A DNA stretch of 63,566 nucleotides, the filler included, from Octopus bimaculoides (lineage: Eukaryota), in NCBI RefSeq assembly GCF_001194135.2. It is 4 parts of 4 records of this genome, joined end to end, with 100 filler letters (N's around TTAATTAATTAA, not from the genome) between each part and the next. Parts side by side here need not be neighbours in the genome. Positions count along the whole stretch, not along the records: positions 55,674 to 63,566 come from NC_068984.1; 3 more parts are not named here. One strand, written 5' to 3'. The notes beneath the pieces were generated by a model. The model ran no database searches. It worked only from the letters and a program-made list of their open reading frames with translations, and had not been told where the DNA came from. The position numbers and the translations under genes were made by a program. This document shows, one piece after another, positions 61,511 to 63,566 of this stretch. The number at the start of each line of letters is the position of its first letter. The stretch's first letter is position 1.

Positions 61511-61809
61511 ATATGCATAACATGAGAATTATAAATACCAAGAAATCTTCCTGCAGACAATACAATAGATGATGATTGTAGATAAGTGACATATCAAATT
61601 ACCGTCTTTGATTTGGTGCAAACCGGTCAAATTCACGGTCCCTTCCACATCAAGGGGTCATCAGGCTTCAGTGTATGAATCGTCCTGTGGATTTAACCTT
61701 TGTGTGCTCCTGTCTTCCTTACTCAAACGTTCTGTTAGACAGGTTATTCACATGGGGTACTAACTGAGGTATTTGCCTGGATTTCTTCATTCCTTACTCT
61801 CATTTCTAG

Positions 61810-62165
61810 GCACGAAATTTTGGTGGGAAGGAGTCAGTCGATTATATCGACCTCAGTACACAACTGGTACTTAATTTATCGACCCCGAAAGAATGAAAGG
61901 CAAAGTCGACCTCGGCGGAATTTGAACTCAGAACGTAAAGACAGACGAAATACCGCTAAGCATTTCGCCCGGCCTGCTAACGTTTCTTATTTCTTTATTG
62001 CTCACAAGGGGCTAAACATAGAGGGGACAAACAGGGACAGACAAAGGGATTAAGTCGATTACATCGGCCCCACTGCGTAACTGGTACTTAATTTATAGAC
62101 CCCGAAAGGATGAAAGGCAAAGTCGACCTCAGCGAAATTTGAACTCAGAACATAAAGACAGACGA
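61810..62165 (-). mobile_element. Two tandem SINE family C copies
   Basis: 61810-61985 and 62050-62165 share CAACTGGTACTTAATTTAT.GACCCCGAAAG..GAATTTGAACTCAGAAC. Confidence 0.82.
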
Positions 62166-62579
62166 AAGTGGTGACGATGGCCTTTGTGAATGGCCCTATT
62201 CTGAGCATGCGCCTAAAAGGCAGAGGGAATGAAGAGGAGACAAACATCTGCCTGAAGTACCCTTGACGATCGACGTGTCCAAGATGTATGGAGCTTCTTT
62301 GATTTCCCCATCCTGCTGGGGAATTTTTATTGTTTATAACATCATATTGTTAATCGTTATAGTTTTTTTTTAATCGTATACACGAGATTTGATACAAAAC
62401 AAAAAAGTGTTCGCAGTTTCAATAACACTCGTGTATGTGGTCGCTTTTGCCTTTCATCCTTTCGGGTTTGAGAAATTAAGTACCAGTGAAACACTTGGGT
62501 CAATGTTACCAACTAGTCTCCACCCCAAACGTTTCACGCTCTGCATCTTTACGAGAAAGAATTATTATTATTATTATTA

Positions 62580-62610
<31 letters not shown>

Positions 62611-62930
62611 CTGTTTGACTTTTGCATTGTATTTGTACAAGTTGGCTCCAAGTCTCACCCACAGACCTCAAGAGACAACAAGTTAGAAGTTCAAGTTGGT
62701 GTTATCCCTTGGGTGTCATATATTTGGTTTTGTACATAGTGCTGTTCTAGAGAATGTTTAAGAAAACAGAAGAAAATTTTAAGTTTGTTTTAAAATTTGA
62801 GATTACATAGATAGTATTTTACATAGGATATGGGCAGTTCCCATGAGCACTATCCTTTAAATTTCTGCCATTTTGGGGTTTCTTGGTATCTGAGCTAGGT
62901 AGCAATCAGCTCATTTTACTGTTGTTGTTG

Positions 62931-62982
<52 letters not shown>

Positions 62983-62992
62983 TACTACTATT

Positions 62993-63200
62993 GAGGCGGC
63001 GAGCCAGCAGAATCGTTAGCGCACTGGGCAAATGCTTAGCGGTATTTCGAAGGTTTTTAGGCTCTGTATTCAAATTCCGCTGAGTTTGACTCTGTATTTC
63101 GTCCTTTCGAGATCGATAAAATATAAGTGCCAATTGGTCATTAGGGTCGATTTAATCGGTTTACTCCCTCCCCCAAAATCGCTGGCCTTGTGCCAAATGT
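62993..63200 (+). mobile_element. SINE family C
   Basis: GAGGCGGCGAGCCAGCAGAATCGTTAGC..TGCTTAGCGGTATTTCG..TTCAAATTCCGC. Confidence 0.8.
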
Positions 63201-63403
63201 GAGACTGTGAACGCAGAGTGACGAAACCGTTCTGCATGCCCTCGTTAAGGTCAAACAACTGACAAGCAAATCTGTGGTATTAAGCAGAATATTTGCTGTA
63301 TTTGCCATCTTTTTATACCAAGACAAAACATTGTACATGATAACACTTCCGATCAATTAAGATCAGAAGTCATGAGAGCCACTGCCTGATACTGCATCAG
63401 GGC

Positions 63404-63405
<2 letters not shown>

Positions 63406-63440
<35 letters not shown>

Positions 63441-63566
63441 ATTATTATTATTATTATTATTATTATTGTTGTTGTTGTTGTTATTATTATTATTATTTTC
63501 ATCACCATCATTATTATTATCATTATCCTTATTATTATTATTATTATCATTTATCGTAGTCGTCGT
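63406..63566. repeat. (ATT)/(GTT)/(ATC) microsatellite field
   Basis: Directly visible. Confidence 0.95.

Overview
Eukaryotic, AT-rich, repeat-dense animal genomic DNA with many N gaps. The tRNA-derived SINE families, RTE/Penelope/R4 LINE relics and dense (AT)/(CA)/(TAA)/(CAT) microsatellites point to an octopus (coleoid cephalopod) draft assembly; the species is an inference. Host coding content is small. Five spliced exons (33376-47008, +) encode the C-terminal ~319 aa of an SLC22-family organic ion transporter. A first coding exon of a second SLC22 paralogue lies at 54828-54970 (+). Most of the rest is decayed mobile DNA: two complete LTR-bounded Gypsy elements and two Gypsy fragments, four RTE LINE copies, Penelope-like relics, R4/Dong-type fragments beside TAA repeats, several Tc1/mariner/pogo relics, a probable Helitron end and many SINEs. 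No rRNA, true tRNA gene, CRISPR array or prokaryotic system is supported. The best leads are: a hammerhead ribozyme with intact core at the 3' end of a Penelope relic (3929-4004, -); a CpG-depleted ~20 kb block next to a CpG-rich orphan exon candidate; a perfect 160-bp inverted repeat in the second SLC22 intron; and inverted SINEs flanking an SLC22 exon. Three 100-bp gaps carry an artificial TTAATTAATTAA linker, so long-range order across them is uncertain. All alignments were done by eye, and repeat boundaries are approximate unless exact termini are quoted.
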